A stretch of DNA of 64,000 bases from Octopus sinensis (lineage: Eukaryota). Each line of letters starts with the position of its first letter. The stretch's first letter is position 1. The notes below the pieces were generated by a model. The model worked only from the letters and a program-made list of their open reading frames with translations, ran no database searches and was not told the DNA's origin. Position numbers and translations under genes: made by a program. Of this stretch, positions 37,428 to 50,924 are shown in pieces. Location: assembly GCF_006345805.1 (NCBI RefSeq), contig NC_043003.1, positions 77,438,001-77,502,000 on the forward strand, given 5' to 3'.

Positions 37428-37632
37428 ATACTACAAAATTAGAGAATGGAGAAATATACTTAAATCAGTAATATATCTCTTTATCTTTTTACTATTACTG
37501 TATATCTCATTTCATTTTATGTATTGCCTTTACTCATATGTAATGGTGTATTAAAGTATGGATTGAGTATCATCGGATAGTTGATGTTTTACTGATTTAA
37601 GTATATTTCTCCATTCTCTAATTTTGTAGTAT
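37428..37632. repeat. Perfect 44-bp inverted repeat with 117-bp spacer, in a segment bounded by (TA)n
   Basis: 37428-37471 vs 37589-37632. Confidence 0.95.
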
Positions 37633-37861
37633 TAATTTACGGTAATATTATTACCTTTACCCATATAATGCAATAGATGAACTGATTGTTTGACAATTTT
37701 TAACATCTATGTATTAATTTTGTTGGGTACCTATCTAGCAGTATATTGGATATATATTATCCCATGGTGGGTTGAATTTTCAACCCCTATCTCATTTTAT
37801 AACCTATATTTATGTATATATATATTTGTGTATATATATATATATGTATGTATATATATAT

Positions 37862-37892
<31 letters not shown>

Positions 37893-37893
37893 G

Positions 37894-37936
<43 letters not shown>

Positions 37937-37939
37937 TTT

Positions 37940-38007
<68 letters not shown>

Positions 38008-38012
38008 GTATG

Positions 38013-38046
<34 letters not shown>

Positions 38047-38047
38047 T

Positions 38048-38083
38048 GCAGGAACAATCGAATATGTATTCGATTGTTCCTGC
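38048..38083. repeat. 17-bp-arm hairpin with 2-nt loop
   Basis: gcaggaacaatcgaata-tg-tattcgattgttcctgc. Confidence 0.95.
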
Positions 38084-40248
38084 GCAATCGAACGTGAAAG
38101 CAAACCATTACTACAAAATATCGAATAGAACTTCTACCAGACGACAGGTAAACAACATATTTGTTCTAGGGAACAGAAGTAGACTATTAGATCCATTACT
38201 TGAAAAACAGATAAGGCTTAACAGGCAGAGCATCTCATGTTTGCATGGACAAACGGATTTAAAAATGAATGATTTGGCGAACTACATACATACATACATA
38301 CATACATACATACATACATACATACATACATACATACATACATACATACATACATACATACATACATACGTACGTACGTACTTTGCGAAAAACAGGATGG
38401 CCACACCTGGAATACTTTTGATCATAGGCCTGCTAGGTAAAGGCTGAGACGAAATAACAACAACAATAGTAACAACAACCACGGACGTTAGTAATAAAGT
38501 CTGGAGAATAGGAGGTGGGTTAGCTCTTTCAGTGACATAAGATGGATTTCCAAGTATAGCCTTTTCCTTTCTCAGTCTGTCTGTCTCTGTCTCCCTCTCT
38601 CTCCCTCTTCCGCCCTACCTTCTCTCTACCTCTGTCTCTCTCTCTCCTGTAAATATATAAACGAGATTCTGAGAAATCTAAAGATGGTTTGTGTTGACAA
38701 AAATAATTTCTCTCTGTAATGAAGGACTCCAAACGTCAACATTCTTATCTCTCTCCATGACATACGAACTTATTCAAACAGTTAACCTTTTTCTTTCGTC
38801 GATGCTCTTGAGTAAGTTGCGGCTGTCATAATTCCTATTCTTTGTTTAGTTAAGCTAATTGAGCTGATCACTTGATAATTGCATCTCTGATCCTGAAAGG
38901 TCAAGTAGTTGATTATATACTGAACTGGTGTCAGGTATAAATAGATATTCTTTACACGAGAAAGTTAATCATGAATCAAGTGGAAATGTCTCGTCAAGCT
39001 GATACTGCGAACAGTTTCAATTCTCAGTCGAATCGCTTTACTTTTGTTACGCCTCTAATATTCTTAAGAATGAACAACACAACATCGACTATTGATCTGA
39101 AATACAGGCCATTTCTGTATTTAGTAAAAACTAAATTGAAAGTTAGCTTTGCCTTAATATGTTCGTTTTGACTTATTTAGTTAATATCACCGTGATCACT
39201 GTGACCGACCAGGCTATCAGATGTTGCTACACATCGCTGGTCATAATGCGCTTCGCATTGTTTTAGCCTTCAAATGACGCCACCCCTCTGGCTAAGCGAG
39301 CAGGCCAACAGAAGAAAGAGTGAGAGAAAATTGTGGCTAAAGAGTACAGCAGGGATCGCCACTACCCCTGCCGAAGCCTCGTGGAGCTTTAGGTGTTTTC
39401 GCTCAATAAACACTCGCAACGCCGCGAGTCCGCTGCCCTAAACACTGGGCCATTGCGCCTCCACATCTTTCGTTGATATAAATGGAGCTATATTCGTCTG
39501 AATTGAATATTAGGTGATATTAAATATTAAAATAATGTCAGATTTTTCTTGTTCTAGTTGAAAAATGTGTGTTTGTGTTTGCTTTTGCAATGCAGTCTTG
39601 ATTTCTTGTAAGAAATATTTAAAGTAAAAAGGAAAGGATGGATGGAAACATCCCTGACCCTTTTTTAGGACCCCTGAGACTGGTGGTGGTGGAAAGATAT
39701 ATTCAGACTGGGGGTCTGGTCCGAATAATTGAAACTCTGTGGTCTCAGGTAAAGACACCCAAGGAATTGGTGGGGAATTTTCAAAACGGATCACAGGTGT
39801 CATCTGAAACGGTTGACTTCTTATTCGCAATATATTGACAATATTTTTTTAAGGTGGTGAGCTGGCAGAATCGCTAGCGCACCGGGAAAATACTTAGCGC
39901 CATTTCGTTCGTCTTCATGTTCTGAGTTCAAATTCCACCGAGGTCGACTTTGCCGTTCATCCTTTCGGAGTCGATAAAATAAGTACCAGTTGAACATTGG
40001 AGTCGATGTAATCGACTAACCGCATCCCTCGAAACTGCAGGCCTTGTGCCACAAATTGAAATCAATATTTTGCCATATCTTTGAATGTGGCAAAATGGAA
40101 AGTTGTTCTTATCAATGTCAGGACGTCAAAAATTTGATTTTGGTCGGTTCAGGTAGTTGACACCTCTCAACCGCGACGCCTTATCCACTAGTAACGTTGC
40201 AAAATCGAAACAAACTACTCAGTTTTCGCCCACGTGATGGAAAACAAG

Positions 40249-40274
<26 letters not shown>

Positions 40275-40279
<5 letters not shown>

Positions 40280-40482
40280 TATTCTTTTATTCTTTTACTT
40301 GTTTCAGTCATTTGACTGCGGCCATGCTGGAGCACTACCTTTAGTCGACCAAATCGACCCCAGGTCTTATTCTTTGTAAGCCTAGTACTTATTCTATCGA
40401 TTCCTTTTGCCGAACCGCTAAGTTACGGGGACATAAACAATCAAACATCTGTTGTCAAACGATGGTGGAGAGATAACCACAG

Positions 40483-40517
<35 letters not shown>

Positions 40518-40762
40518 CAAGCTGAAAGAAATTCATCGTATATATATATATATATAAATATATTCTTTATTCTTTTACTTGTTTCAGTCATTTGACTGCG
40601 GCCATGCTGGAGCACTACCTTTAGTCGACCAAATCGACCCCAGGTCTTATTCTTTGTAAGCCTAGTACTTATTCTATCGATTCCTTTTGCCGAACCGCTA
40701 AGTTACGGGGACATAAACAATCAAACATCTGTTGTCAAACGATGGTGGAGAGATAACCACAG

Positions 40763-40797
<35 letters not shown>

Positions 40798-40980
40798 CAA
40801 GCTGAAAGAAATTCATCGTATATATATATATATATACGACGAACTTCTTTCAGTTTTCGTCTACCAAATCCATTCACAAGGATGTGGTCGGCCGGAGGCT
40901 ACAGTAGAAGAGACTTGCACAAGGTGCCATACTGTGGGAACCATATGGTTGGGGAGCAAGCTTCTTACCATACAGCCAAA
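40275..40980 (-). mobile_element. SINE family B with a 281-bp exact tandem duplication of its 3' part
   Basis: 40275-40555 repeated at 40556-40836, including (CA)n length. Confidence 0.85.
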
Positions 40981-42236
40981 AGCGAAAAAACCCCTGAATT
41001 TCTTTTAAATATCTGTTTTAGAAAACAACCCACTTGTATAAAGTTTTTGACATTTTATATTTTTTTATAGCACAAGATTATTTTTTTTTTCAGTTGACAG
41101 CATTGTTTAAGGCGGCGATCTAACAGAATCGTTAGCATACCGGAAAAAATGCTTACCGGCATTTTATCTGTCTTTATTCTCTGAGTGGAAATTCCGCAGA
41201 GGTCAACTTAACCTTTTACCATTTTGGTGGTGGAGTGGTGGTGGTGGGTCGATGAAATAAGTACCAGTTAAGCACTGGAGTCGACGTAATCAATCTATTC
41301 CCTCCATCAAAATTGCTGGCCTTGAGCCAAACTTTGAAACCAGTTGATCTCATTGTGGAGGCGTTTAAATTACATCACAAGCAATGCAATCTAACCAAAA
41401 TGTGTTGGTTATTGTAATTAGTTTTGACCATGTATTAAATACCGTTCCTTAAATTTACCGAAACTTCTTGATGTAAAGAGAAAAATAATAAGTAAAGGTA
41501 GAAGAGGTCAAGAATATATAACAAAGAATATAGTTTTCAAAGATATTCTCCCTTAAGACCGCGTTTTCAAACTGTCTGCATTGAATTTATGCCATTTCAA
41601 ATATTTAACGCTTAAAAATATATAATTTTGTATTTCATGATTTTCTATATATTTTCAAGAATCTTTCAGATTTCAAAATAATCATGGTATTTCTACGGCA
41701 ACTGCAAATATTTTTAACCATTTAAAATGTATTCTTTTCATCGCAACTTCAGTTTCCTTTTGATCTCCACAGTATTTTATCTAATTTTTTTATGCATTGG
41801 AGCGTATTTATTACTATAATTTCCACTGTTGTTTTCTAACGGTTTGTTGAAGCGCCGCCACCAAGAGTTATCGTCAATTCATTTGCGAATTCGTTGGTTA
41901 TTCTTTTTTTATTATTTATGTTGGATAGCATTGTTTTTGCTTGTCTTTTTTCAGATTTGTTCTTTTTTTTTCAGAAATTGCTTGCTCATCTATCATTTTT
42001 CATTTTCATGCAGCAGTGATTCTGTCTGCTTGTCTATTACGTAAATTCATCCAGTATATCCTGTTATGCTACAGTTGTCCATTTGTTTTTTGATAGAACC
42101 TAAGATTACTGGCTGGAAGGCATGGTTTCGTACCCAGCTTGCAGCATAAAATAGTATCTACACTCATGAAACGGGTTATTTGATTTGATATTGGGTTACA
42201 TATTCTAACGTCACCAGTTTAAATCCTTGCAGATAT

Positions 42237-42615
42237 TACAATTCTATATTTAAGAGATCAGGAATTATGTACATTATTTACATTATTTACATTTGACGGA
42301 TATTTGTCCTCATCTTGTTTGTTGTTATGCCCTCCAGCCTTCATCAGGTGTCTTGGGGGAAATTTCGAACCTGGGTTCTCATTCCTAAAGTATTTCCGAT
42401 ATTTATTATTATTATTATTATTATTATCATCATCATTCAGGTCGCTGCCTGGAATCGAACTCGGAATCTTGGGGTTAGTAGCCCGCGCTCTTAACCACTA
42501 CGCCATATGCCATGCCAAATCAGACTGGAGTCTGGTGCAGCCCCTACCCAGCTTACTAGTTTCAGTCAACATTAACAACAAAGATGAGGACAAATATCCG
42601 TCATTGTAAATAATG
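42237..42615 (-). mobile_element. Composite retro-insertion: tRNA-like head, (AAT)n, pLTR-like tail with half hammerhead, RTE-tail filler and inverted tail copy
   Basis: 17-bp direct flanks taaatccttgYagatat (42220-42236, 42616-42632); A/B boxes at 42441-42506 (-); CTGATGAAGGCTG at 42335-42347 (-). Confidence 0.7.
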
Positions 42616-43084
42616 TAAATCCTTGTAGATATGTATATGTTCTGTATCTGTGAGGCAAATCTCATTATTACTTGTATTTCATGGGTATGTTTAAATCGTT
42701 GTTATATACTTGGGTACAATATTTTATCCCACATTGCTTCAGTTAACCTAGGTTTGGTTTTTGTTGTTCAACCCTGAATCTGCTGATATATGATCAAACA
42801 TTTTCTAGCCTTGACTGTTGTCTCTTATTTTCAGCAAGAACTAATCTAGTATTACATTATTTAAAGTACTGGTTTTTTCATCAAGATCAGTAATTCCCAA
42901 TCTTTTCACTTCCAAGAATTCTTATTTAAACGTATTTTGCTATAGTCTAGGGTTTTGGACGTTGTGTTTATTTAAATTTTGATCTTAGCTCACGGACCTT
43001 CAGTACTACCTTTGTGAATTCCGAAGATCTGCAGATTCGAGGTTTGCAACCTCCGATCTAGATGCTTAAATATGGTACTAAATT

Positions 43085-43388
43085 TCTTGGGGATGTGCTT
43101 GAGAAGACCCATCAAGCCAAATGAAATCGTAGTCGTGGCCGATGCCGGTGTCATGTAACTGGTAACCATGCCGGTGTCACGTAAATGGCATCCATGCCGG
43201 TGGCACGTAAAAGTCACCCATTACACTCTTAGAGTGGTTGGTGTTAGGAAGGACATCCAGCCGTAGAAACCATGCCAAATCAGACTGGAGTCTGGTGTAG
43301 CCCCCCCCCCTCAGCTTACCGGTTTCAGTCAAACCGTCTAACCCATGCCAACATAGAAAGCAGACGCTAAATGATGATGATGATGATG
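43085..43388 (+). mobile_element. RTE-tail SINE or LINE 3' end with (ATG)n
   Basis: Three gccggtgNcacgtaa-type repeats, then the same tail as 1-143. Confidence 0.75.
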
Positions 43389-43805
43389 TAACCTACGATA
43401 TCGGCAAGATTAATCTTTCATCATTTTCAGATTAATAAACTATAGCTAAACATGGTCCCATAAAAGTCTCGTGTCCATGAGAAAGTCATTTCACCCCAGA
43501 AACTAAATTAATCTAATTTCTTGTAAGTACAGCTTCGGTAGAAATTAGTTAACTGCAGTAGGCTGTGCGACCCCTGTAGAATTAACGAGTGCTTCGGACA
43601 AATCCCCTAGTGGATGCTGGATCAGGATAACATTACCCACGGGTCCATCTTTGTCCATTTTAGCAGCATCATAATAACCATCACTGCTGCTGCCACTCTC
43701 GTCACTACTACCACGACCACCGTCACCACCACGATCACCATCACCATGGTCACCACCGGTTCCCTCACCACCACTAACACTACCATCACCCCACAGTCAC
43801 TACCA

Positions 43806-44221
43806 ATTTCTTTACTACCCACAAGGGGCTAAATACAGAGAGGACAAACATGGACAGACAAAGGGATTAAGTCGATTATATCGACCCCAGTTCGTAACTG
43901 GTACTTGTTTAATCGACCCTGAAAGGATGAAAGGCAAAGTCGACCTCGGCGGAATTTGAACTCAGAACGTAGCAGCAGGCGAAATACCTATTTCTTTACT
44001 ACCCTCAAGGGGCTAAACACAGAGGAGACAAACAAGGACATACAAACGGATTAAGTCGAATACATCGACCCCAGTGTGTAACTGGTACTTAATTTATCGA
44101 CCCCGAAAGTATGAATGGCAAAGTCAACCTCGGCGGAATTTGAACTCAGAACGTAACGGCAGACGAAATACTGCTACGCATTTCGCCCGGCGTGCTAACG
44201 CTTCTGCCAGCCCGTTGCCTT
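43806..44221 (-). mobile_element. Dimeric family C SINE with AATAAA-type tail and 17-bp TSD
   Basis: TSD ccccacagtcactacca at 43789-43805 and 44222-44238; two units joined at aaatacc|tatttc (43988/43989). Confidence 0.85.
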
Positions 44222-44652
44222 CCCCACAGTCACTACCATCAACAACAAATCACACCGAACTGTCGAAAAATAGAAAGAAAGAAAAGAAAGGGCATATCAG
44301 ATAATATGGTTCTAGATGCCTCTAAAAAAAGTACGGAATGGTCACAGTTGGAATGTCTTTACCTTATGTGCCTACGCAACTGGAGTTGATCTGAAGCTAA
44401 ACAACATCAGCAGCTGCAGCGGCGGCGGCAATAAAAACAGCAACAACACGCGCCAATACTCTTTACTCTTTTACTTGTTTCAGTCATTTGACAGCGGCCA
44501 TACTGGAGCACCGCATTTAGTCGAGCAAATCGACCCCGGGATACATTCTTTGTAAGCTCAGTACTTATTCTATCGGTCTCTTTTGCCCAACCGCTAAGTG
44601 ACGGGGACGTAAACACACCAGCATCGGTTGTCAAGCAATGCTAGGGGGACAA

Positions 44653-44683
<31 letters not shown>

Positions 44684-45247
44684 CGACAGGCTTCTTTCAG
44701 TTTCCGTCTACCAAATCCACTCTCAAGGCATTGGTCGGCCCGGGGCTATAGCAGAAGACACTTGCCCAAGATGCCACGCAGTGGGACTGAACCCGGAACC
44801 ATGTGGTTGGTTAGCAAGTGGAGCTTTTAAACCGAAACTACCCACACCCATTTAACATCATGAACGTAATATGAATAAATCGATGATAAATGCAAGCCTA
44901 TTTCCAACTCATATTGTTACAGCGAAAAAACAGAACAGCAAGCATAAACAAAATCATAAAATGGCAACATAAAACCTGTTCGTCAATCAAAGTTTCCATG
45001 AAATCAATGATTGAAAAAATATATTTAAAAGATTTTCTTAAATATAATTCGTTGAATTGCTCTGACAGGCAGAAAGATGAACGCTGCATCGCTTGCTTCT
45101 TCCATGAAGTTGCATCAGGAAACAACACAACATGAGTCAACAGATTACTAGGAATTTTTGATTATAAACATTTGGCAGCCGCATATTTGAAGGTGTTAAA
45201 TAAAGGTTAGCAGAAACGAAACAATACTGTTTTTAGTAAATAATCTC

Positions 45248-45353
<106 letters not shown>

Positions 45354-46113
45354 ATACGCTGTAACGCCCGAACTTGGTACATCTCTCTCTTTCTCTTACT
45401 TCTCTCTCTCCCTCTTTCTCTCTTCCTCCCCCTCTCTCATTCTCTCTCTCTATATATACTTTTATTAAAGCTGCGAAATTATCACAAAACTTTTATTCAG
45501 TTTCACGTTGCCGTTCGTCGGACAGTTGAAAAAGTTTGATGAAAAAGTTTTCGTCACAACTGGTCGACGAACGGGAACGTGATAATTTTGCATATTACTC
45601 TACCTTTGGTATTCGAGTACTATTTTTTCCACCTTGTTTTGCTCTTATACGCTCACCTGTGTGTGTGTGTGGTAGAGAGAGAGAGAGAGAGAGAGAAGGA
45701 GAAAGAGGGAGAGAGTGAGTGAGTGAGAGAGAGAGAAATACAGAGGGAGAGAGACAGAGAGAGACAGTGGGGGATAGAGATACATACAAACTGTGCGGAA
45801 AACAACAGTAACAACAATAACATAAAAAACTATCATAACAACTCTGGCAGTTAACCGTTCATTCGGTGCAAGATCTGAAAGGGAATGTTCCCACTCCCAG
45901 TACAAAAATGATATTGTAAGACTAGGTGTTATGTCGCTCAGTGAGGAAGGAAAAACTAACACTGAAAAAAAAAAAACCATTGAGTACAAATGCGTTTCTC
46001 TCAAGGAAAGGAGACTTAAATTTCCCGCTCCAGCAGAAACTGAAAAATGTCAAGATGTGTGGCCCTCAATGTTGCACATGTATAAAGGAAAGCCTACCGG
46101 AAAGTAGCTGTTA

Positions 46114-46593
46114 CCGTAAATCCTCGAGTATAATCCGCATTTTTTCCCCAAAATTTGATGGTCAAAATCCCTAGTGCGTACTATATACGAGGTTAAAAAT
46201 GAAAAATATTTTCTAAGCAATGTCCGAGTCTCTATTTGCTGTCCGGCAATGTTTATTCAGACGTATTTCGTGATGTCAGGCGCGAAAATACCTTAAGCTA
46301 AGCCTGAAAGCAATGAAGGCATAAAAGAATCATCCATAACTTGCAGTAAGCAACATCTATTAAAATAAAAGTATTCAGAACACAGAATAACATGTAACAA
46401 AAACAATTTGCAAACATATTTACATTCCATATAAAGTGTTTTTTCGACTAGGTGTTACTGGTTTAATTACGCACGACTGAAGTTAGAGAAGGGGTGCGTA
46501 TTATGCACAAAGTTTAGGTTTTTCAGAGGTACAGACACCTAAAAATCCCCTGCGTATTATACTCAAGGGCGGACTATACTCGAAGATTTACGG
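46114..46593. mobile_element. Tc1/mariner (Tc2/pogo-like) MITE
   Basis: TA TSD; 25-bp TIR CCGTAAATCCTCGAGTATAATCCGC with two mismatches; no ORF. Confidence 0.85.
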
Positions 46594-47294
46594 TATATGC
46601 ATAACATGAGCAAGAAGTCAGAAGAATAAAAACAATTATTTGCCCGTCTCAGATCTTTACAGTGATTCCGCATTTTGAAGGTAAAATGTCGAGGCGAATT
46701 TAAATGAAAAACGTACCGGTTTAGCGATATCCGCTGCATAAATTTAGACAAGCAGCAAATCCCATTTTGGCCATCTGTGGAAATGGGTCTTCAAATTTAG
46801 CAGCTTGCCGATTAAAAAAAAGAAAAGCCAAATAACTCACGTATAGCTACACTTCTTCGAAACGTCAAAACCTTTTCATTCCTCATAGTAACCAAACTTA
46901 TTGAACCTACAAACTCACTTGTATTTTATTATTCTTCCCTCACAAGTTTCCTTGAATTTCGGATTTTAATGAGCATATAAAGAAGACAGAACGGAAACAA
47001 CTATGTTTCTTTAAACATTTTGTTCCTACAGTGTGGCTGTCAGTTTCTTTGTCCTCTTCTCTGAATGCGGTTTTACTGCTGCAAGTTTAGCCTCCCATCT
47101 GTAGACGTAACAACTTGCTATGCTTTATTATATTTCTACAAGGAAAGAAAAGCAACAGATTAAAAAAGAAAAAAAATATATACATCAATGAACTTTACTT
47201 CTGAAATCTAAATAGAGACAAAAACAAAGAGAAAAGGTCACGTTTTGAAGTGATCGATAGTCAGAGTCAGAGTTATATATTCCCAGCTCATCAT

Positions 47295-47305
47295 ATAATA
47301 AACAG

Positions 47306-47342
<37 letters not shown>

Positions 47343-47506
47343 CTTCTTCTTCTGTAGCTGTTGCTGCTGTTGCTCCACCATCACCATCACCAGCACCACC
47401 TCTTCTTTCTTGTTTAGTTCTTTCTTTCTCCTTTTCCTCCTCCTCATCCCCTCCTCCCCCTTCCTCCTCCTCTCCACCTTCTTTATTCTTTATTATTATT
47501 ATTATG

Positions 47507-47559
<53 letters not shown>

Positions 47560-47598
47560 CATTATTATTATTATTATTGTTATTATTATTATTATCAC

Positions 47599-47635
<37 letters not shown>

Positions 47636-47660
47636 TTATTATTATTATTATTATCATTAC
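47295..47660. repeat. Compound trinucleotide microsatellite (GTT, TTC, CTG, CCT, ATT)
   Basis: Direct reading; explains the poly-I/Y/L ORFs. Confidence 0.95.
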
Positions 47661-48077
47661 AATTTGTTGAAAAATATTCCCACCTCTTACATCGGTGTTC
47701 CTTTGGCTAGATCTTACGACAATTTGCCTTCCAGCCTACAAGAGCTAGCAAAATGCGAGTCAAGTACTGGGGTTCGCTATTTATCGACAACACTTAGTCT
47801 CCATGATTTTTCTTATTCATTTGTTAGAAGAGTTGCATGACGAAGGGCGATTCCGTGACCTTTAGAGGTCATCACTGTTTACATCGCTGCTCAGATGAAA
47901 ACTCTAGAAACTTATATCCACAGGAAAACTCTGGGTTGGGAAGAAATCGAAAGGCGTGCAGTTCTCGAGCGGAGAAGAAAAGCCCATTCTTCTTCGTTTG
48001 AGGCTATATCGCGTGTGATTTGACAAAGATTTGGCTGCTCTTTCTAGCAGGTTGAGTCCCACGTAGGTGCTACATTG

Positions 48078-48108
48078 TTGCCGAGCGGTCTAAGGCGTTA
48101 CGTTCAGG
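48078..48108 (+). pseudogene. 5' half of a tRNA-Leu(CAG)-like sequence
   Basis: gccgagcggtctaaggcgttacgttcagg matches the D-arm and anticodon arm of eukaryotic tRNA-Leu(CAG); no T-arm follows. Confidence 0.55.
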
Positions 48109-48587
48109 GAACACTAATGTGCGTCGTTTGCGTTCAGTGAAATTAAGTTGGCAGTTGAGTAGTTGAAAGTAAGGGTACAAGCTCGGTAGTTGACAGGATT
48201 TAAGTTGTTACTGATATTTGAAATATGACATCTTGTCAAGTATTTTCTCCAAATCCTGGTAAAGAGATAAAAACTGAAGTGTTTAGTGGAATTAGAAGTT
48301 ATCTTAGCCAAGTTCAATTTTTTGGTAGAGGAGGGAAATCTTATCAAAATCATTGCCTTGGTGGTTGGAGTGAGTTACTCTTTTACTTGTTTCAGTCATT
48401 TGACTGCGGCAATGCTGGAGCACCGCCTTTATAGTTGAGCAAATCGACCCCAGAGCTTATTCTTTGTAAGCCTAGTACTTATTTTATCGGTCTCTTTTGC
48501 CGAACCGCAAAGTTACGGGGACGTAAACACACCAGCATCGGTTGTCAAGCGATGCTGGGGGGTTGACAAACAGACACACAAACACAC

Positions 48588-48634
<47 letters not shown>

Positions 48635-50699
48635 CGACGGGCTTCTTCCAGTTTCCGCCTACCAAATTCACTCACAAGGCTTTGGTCGGCCCGAGGCTAT
48701 AGTAGAAGACACTTGCCCAAGGTACCATGCAGTGGGACTGAACCCGGGACCATGTGGTTAGAAAGCAAGTTACTTACCACACAGCCACTTCTGCCCCTTG
48801 TTGTTAAGCTGTTAAGTTTTTATCGTCATTCAATCTCGATCTTGAGCGAACGAACGAACTCATGAGCCTTATTGTAAGATTATAGTATATCTAGGATTTA
48901 TCATTCAATGTGTCCGACTCTGTTTGCGATGTGATCTGAAAGAGATTAGGCTAGCGTTTCTAGCAAATCAAGCGATTACGTTGACAATATGGAAGTTTTA
49001 TCTGTATAATTGCTTGTTACTTCACCATGTTAGATGAAAAGTTGCAGGTTGGTGGATCCCGGAAAGTTTGAAGAGATTCTTCCAGTAAAGTACAAGGAAA
49101 CATGGGTGAGTTAATGTTATAGCAATCACTAAGATAGCGAGAAGCGATCTCAATTAGTGCTGATTGGACAGGTTGATGGAGTGACAGAAATAGTAGAGCA
49201 TTGAGTTTAATATTTTTGGAGAGTTTACTTTATGACTCTCCTTTCAGATTTTTGGCCTCTTACCAATTGAAAAAATCATTATGTTGGCGAGTAGAAAGAC
49301 GACAAATAATTAAAAATGGTCGGAGTTTGGACTTATATACTTTGTACTAATTACTGAATCTTTGGAATTCAAATATCATCACGATAAAACATGTGTCTAC
49401 TCAATTTCACTCCTAAGGCTTGGGTCAACCCGAGTCTATGGTGAAGGAAAATTGCTAAAGATGCTATGCGGTGGAATCGAACCCAGGACCTTGTGATAAT
49501 AAAGCGAACTTTGTAAGCTCTCAGACTTGCTGCTTTTATATGGCCTTGTGACTTGGGTGAATGGGTAAGAAATATATTCTGTGAAGTAGTTCTGAGGAAG
49601 AAGCGTTGGATAGGCCATATCATAACTGGAATAATGCAACTGGGTAGATGGAGAAGTTGGTAGTTGATGTTGGTGCTTAGTTCAGGTCATACATGATTAA
49701 GCAGATCTATTATTACTGGCGTTCCATTCGTGACACCCCGTCTTTATAAATATATATGTATTTGTGTGTGTGTGCCCTGCTTCCTTTAAGATTGTGGAGC
49801 GTAATTTAAGGCAGTAGTTGATAGTTTTAGAATGAAGTATGTAAAGTATTAAGAATTATCAAATAGCAGAAATTGTAACACAAACAATCGGAACGACATC
49901 CAGGAAAATTCCAACCAATTGCTTAATGAAGATACGGCAACTAACACTAACAGTTAGAAAAGTTTCCTCTCCCTGTTTCTTCTATTCCTGATTCAGCAGT
50001 TTCTGCTTTTTGAATTTGCCAACTATCTACTATATCCAACCAATCACACCTACTCTAGTTGTGTACTAGTTGTGTGCCCTCGGCCAATCTTATTTAATCC
50101 AATTGTGTACAACACTCAATCAATCATATTCAATCGATCCATCACTCTTACTCCCTTGGTCACTTTTATATTTCGCTCAGTGAATTTTGTATTAAATTCT
50201 GGTGCCTATTTCCATAACTGTAATCTTTAGGAGTCTTCTGTCTATGCTTAAACTACATACAGCACCCTGTAGGAATTGCTGTTGAGCATCAAACATCGAC
50301 TTCATTATTCTGATGGGACAACATCTATGGGTATTAAACCTGTCTCTCTTTCCCAGATTAAGTAATGTAAACCAAACACTCTCACATCAATTCATAATGT
50401 ATTGAATCCGAAATCCGAAAGTGTTATATTTAATGATTGCATTCGAAATGAATCATTTGCCATATTTTTTATTTGCTGTACAAATATTTTTTGTTAGCAA
50501 GACGTTAATATTAGCTTCAAATTTCGGCACAAAGCCAGCAAGTTCGGGGGAGGGGGGTAGTCGATTATATTGACCCCCAGTGCTCAACTGGTACTTATTT
50601 TATTGACTTCGATTACATCGATTCCAGTAATCAACTTAGTACTCATTTTATCAAACCCGAAAAGATGAAAGGCAAAGACCACGTGGTATTTGAACTCAG

Positions 50700-50924
50700 C
50701 GAGCTGGCAGAAACGTTAGCACGCCGGGCGAAATGCTTAGCGGTATTTCGTCTGCGTTACGTTGTGAGTTCAAATTCCACCGAGGTTGACTTTGCCTTTC
50801 GTCCTTTCGGGGTCGATAAATTAAGTACCAGTTACGCACTGGGGTCGATGTAATCGACTTAATACCTATGTCTGTCCTTGCTTGTCCCCTCTATGTTTAG
50901 CCCCTTGTGGGTAATAAAGAAATA
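50700..50924 (+). mobile_element. Family C SINE with AATAAA tail, inserted in an antisense family C copy, 15-bp TSD
   Basis: TSD ggtatttgaactcag at 50685-50699 and 50925-50939. Confidence 0.88.

Noticed and set aside
45473-45591. Imperfect inverted repeat after a TC-TATATATA start
   Set aside because: Possibly a Helitron or MITE fragment, but termini could not be defined.
49034-49105. 72-nt candidate exon MKSCRLVDPGKFEEILPVKYKETW with GTGAGT donor
   Set aside because: Plausible but isolated and unrecognised; cannot be supported without transcript data.
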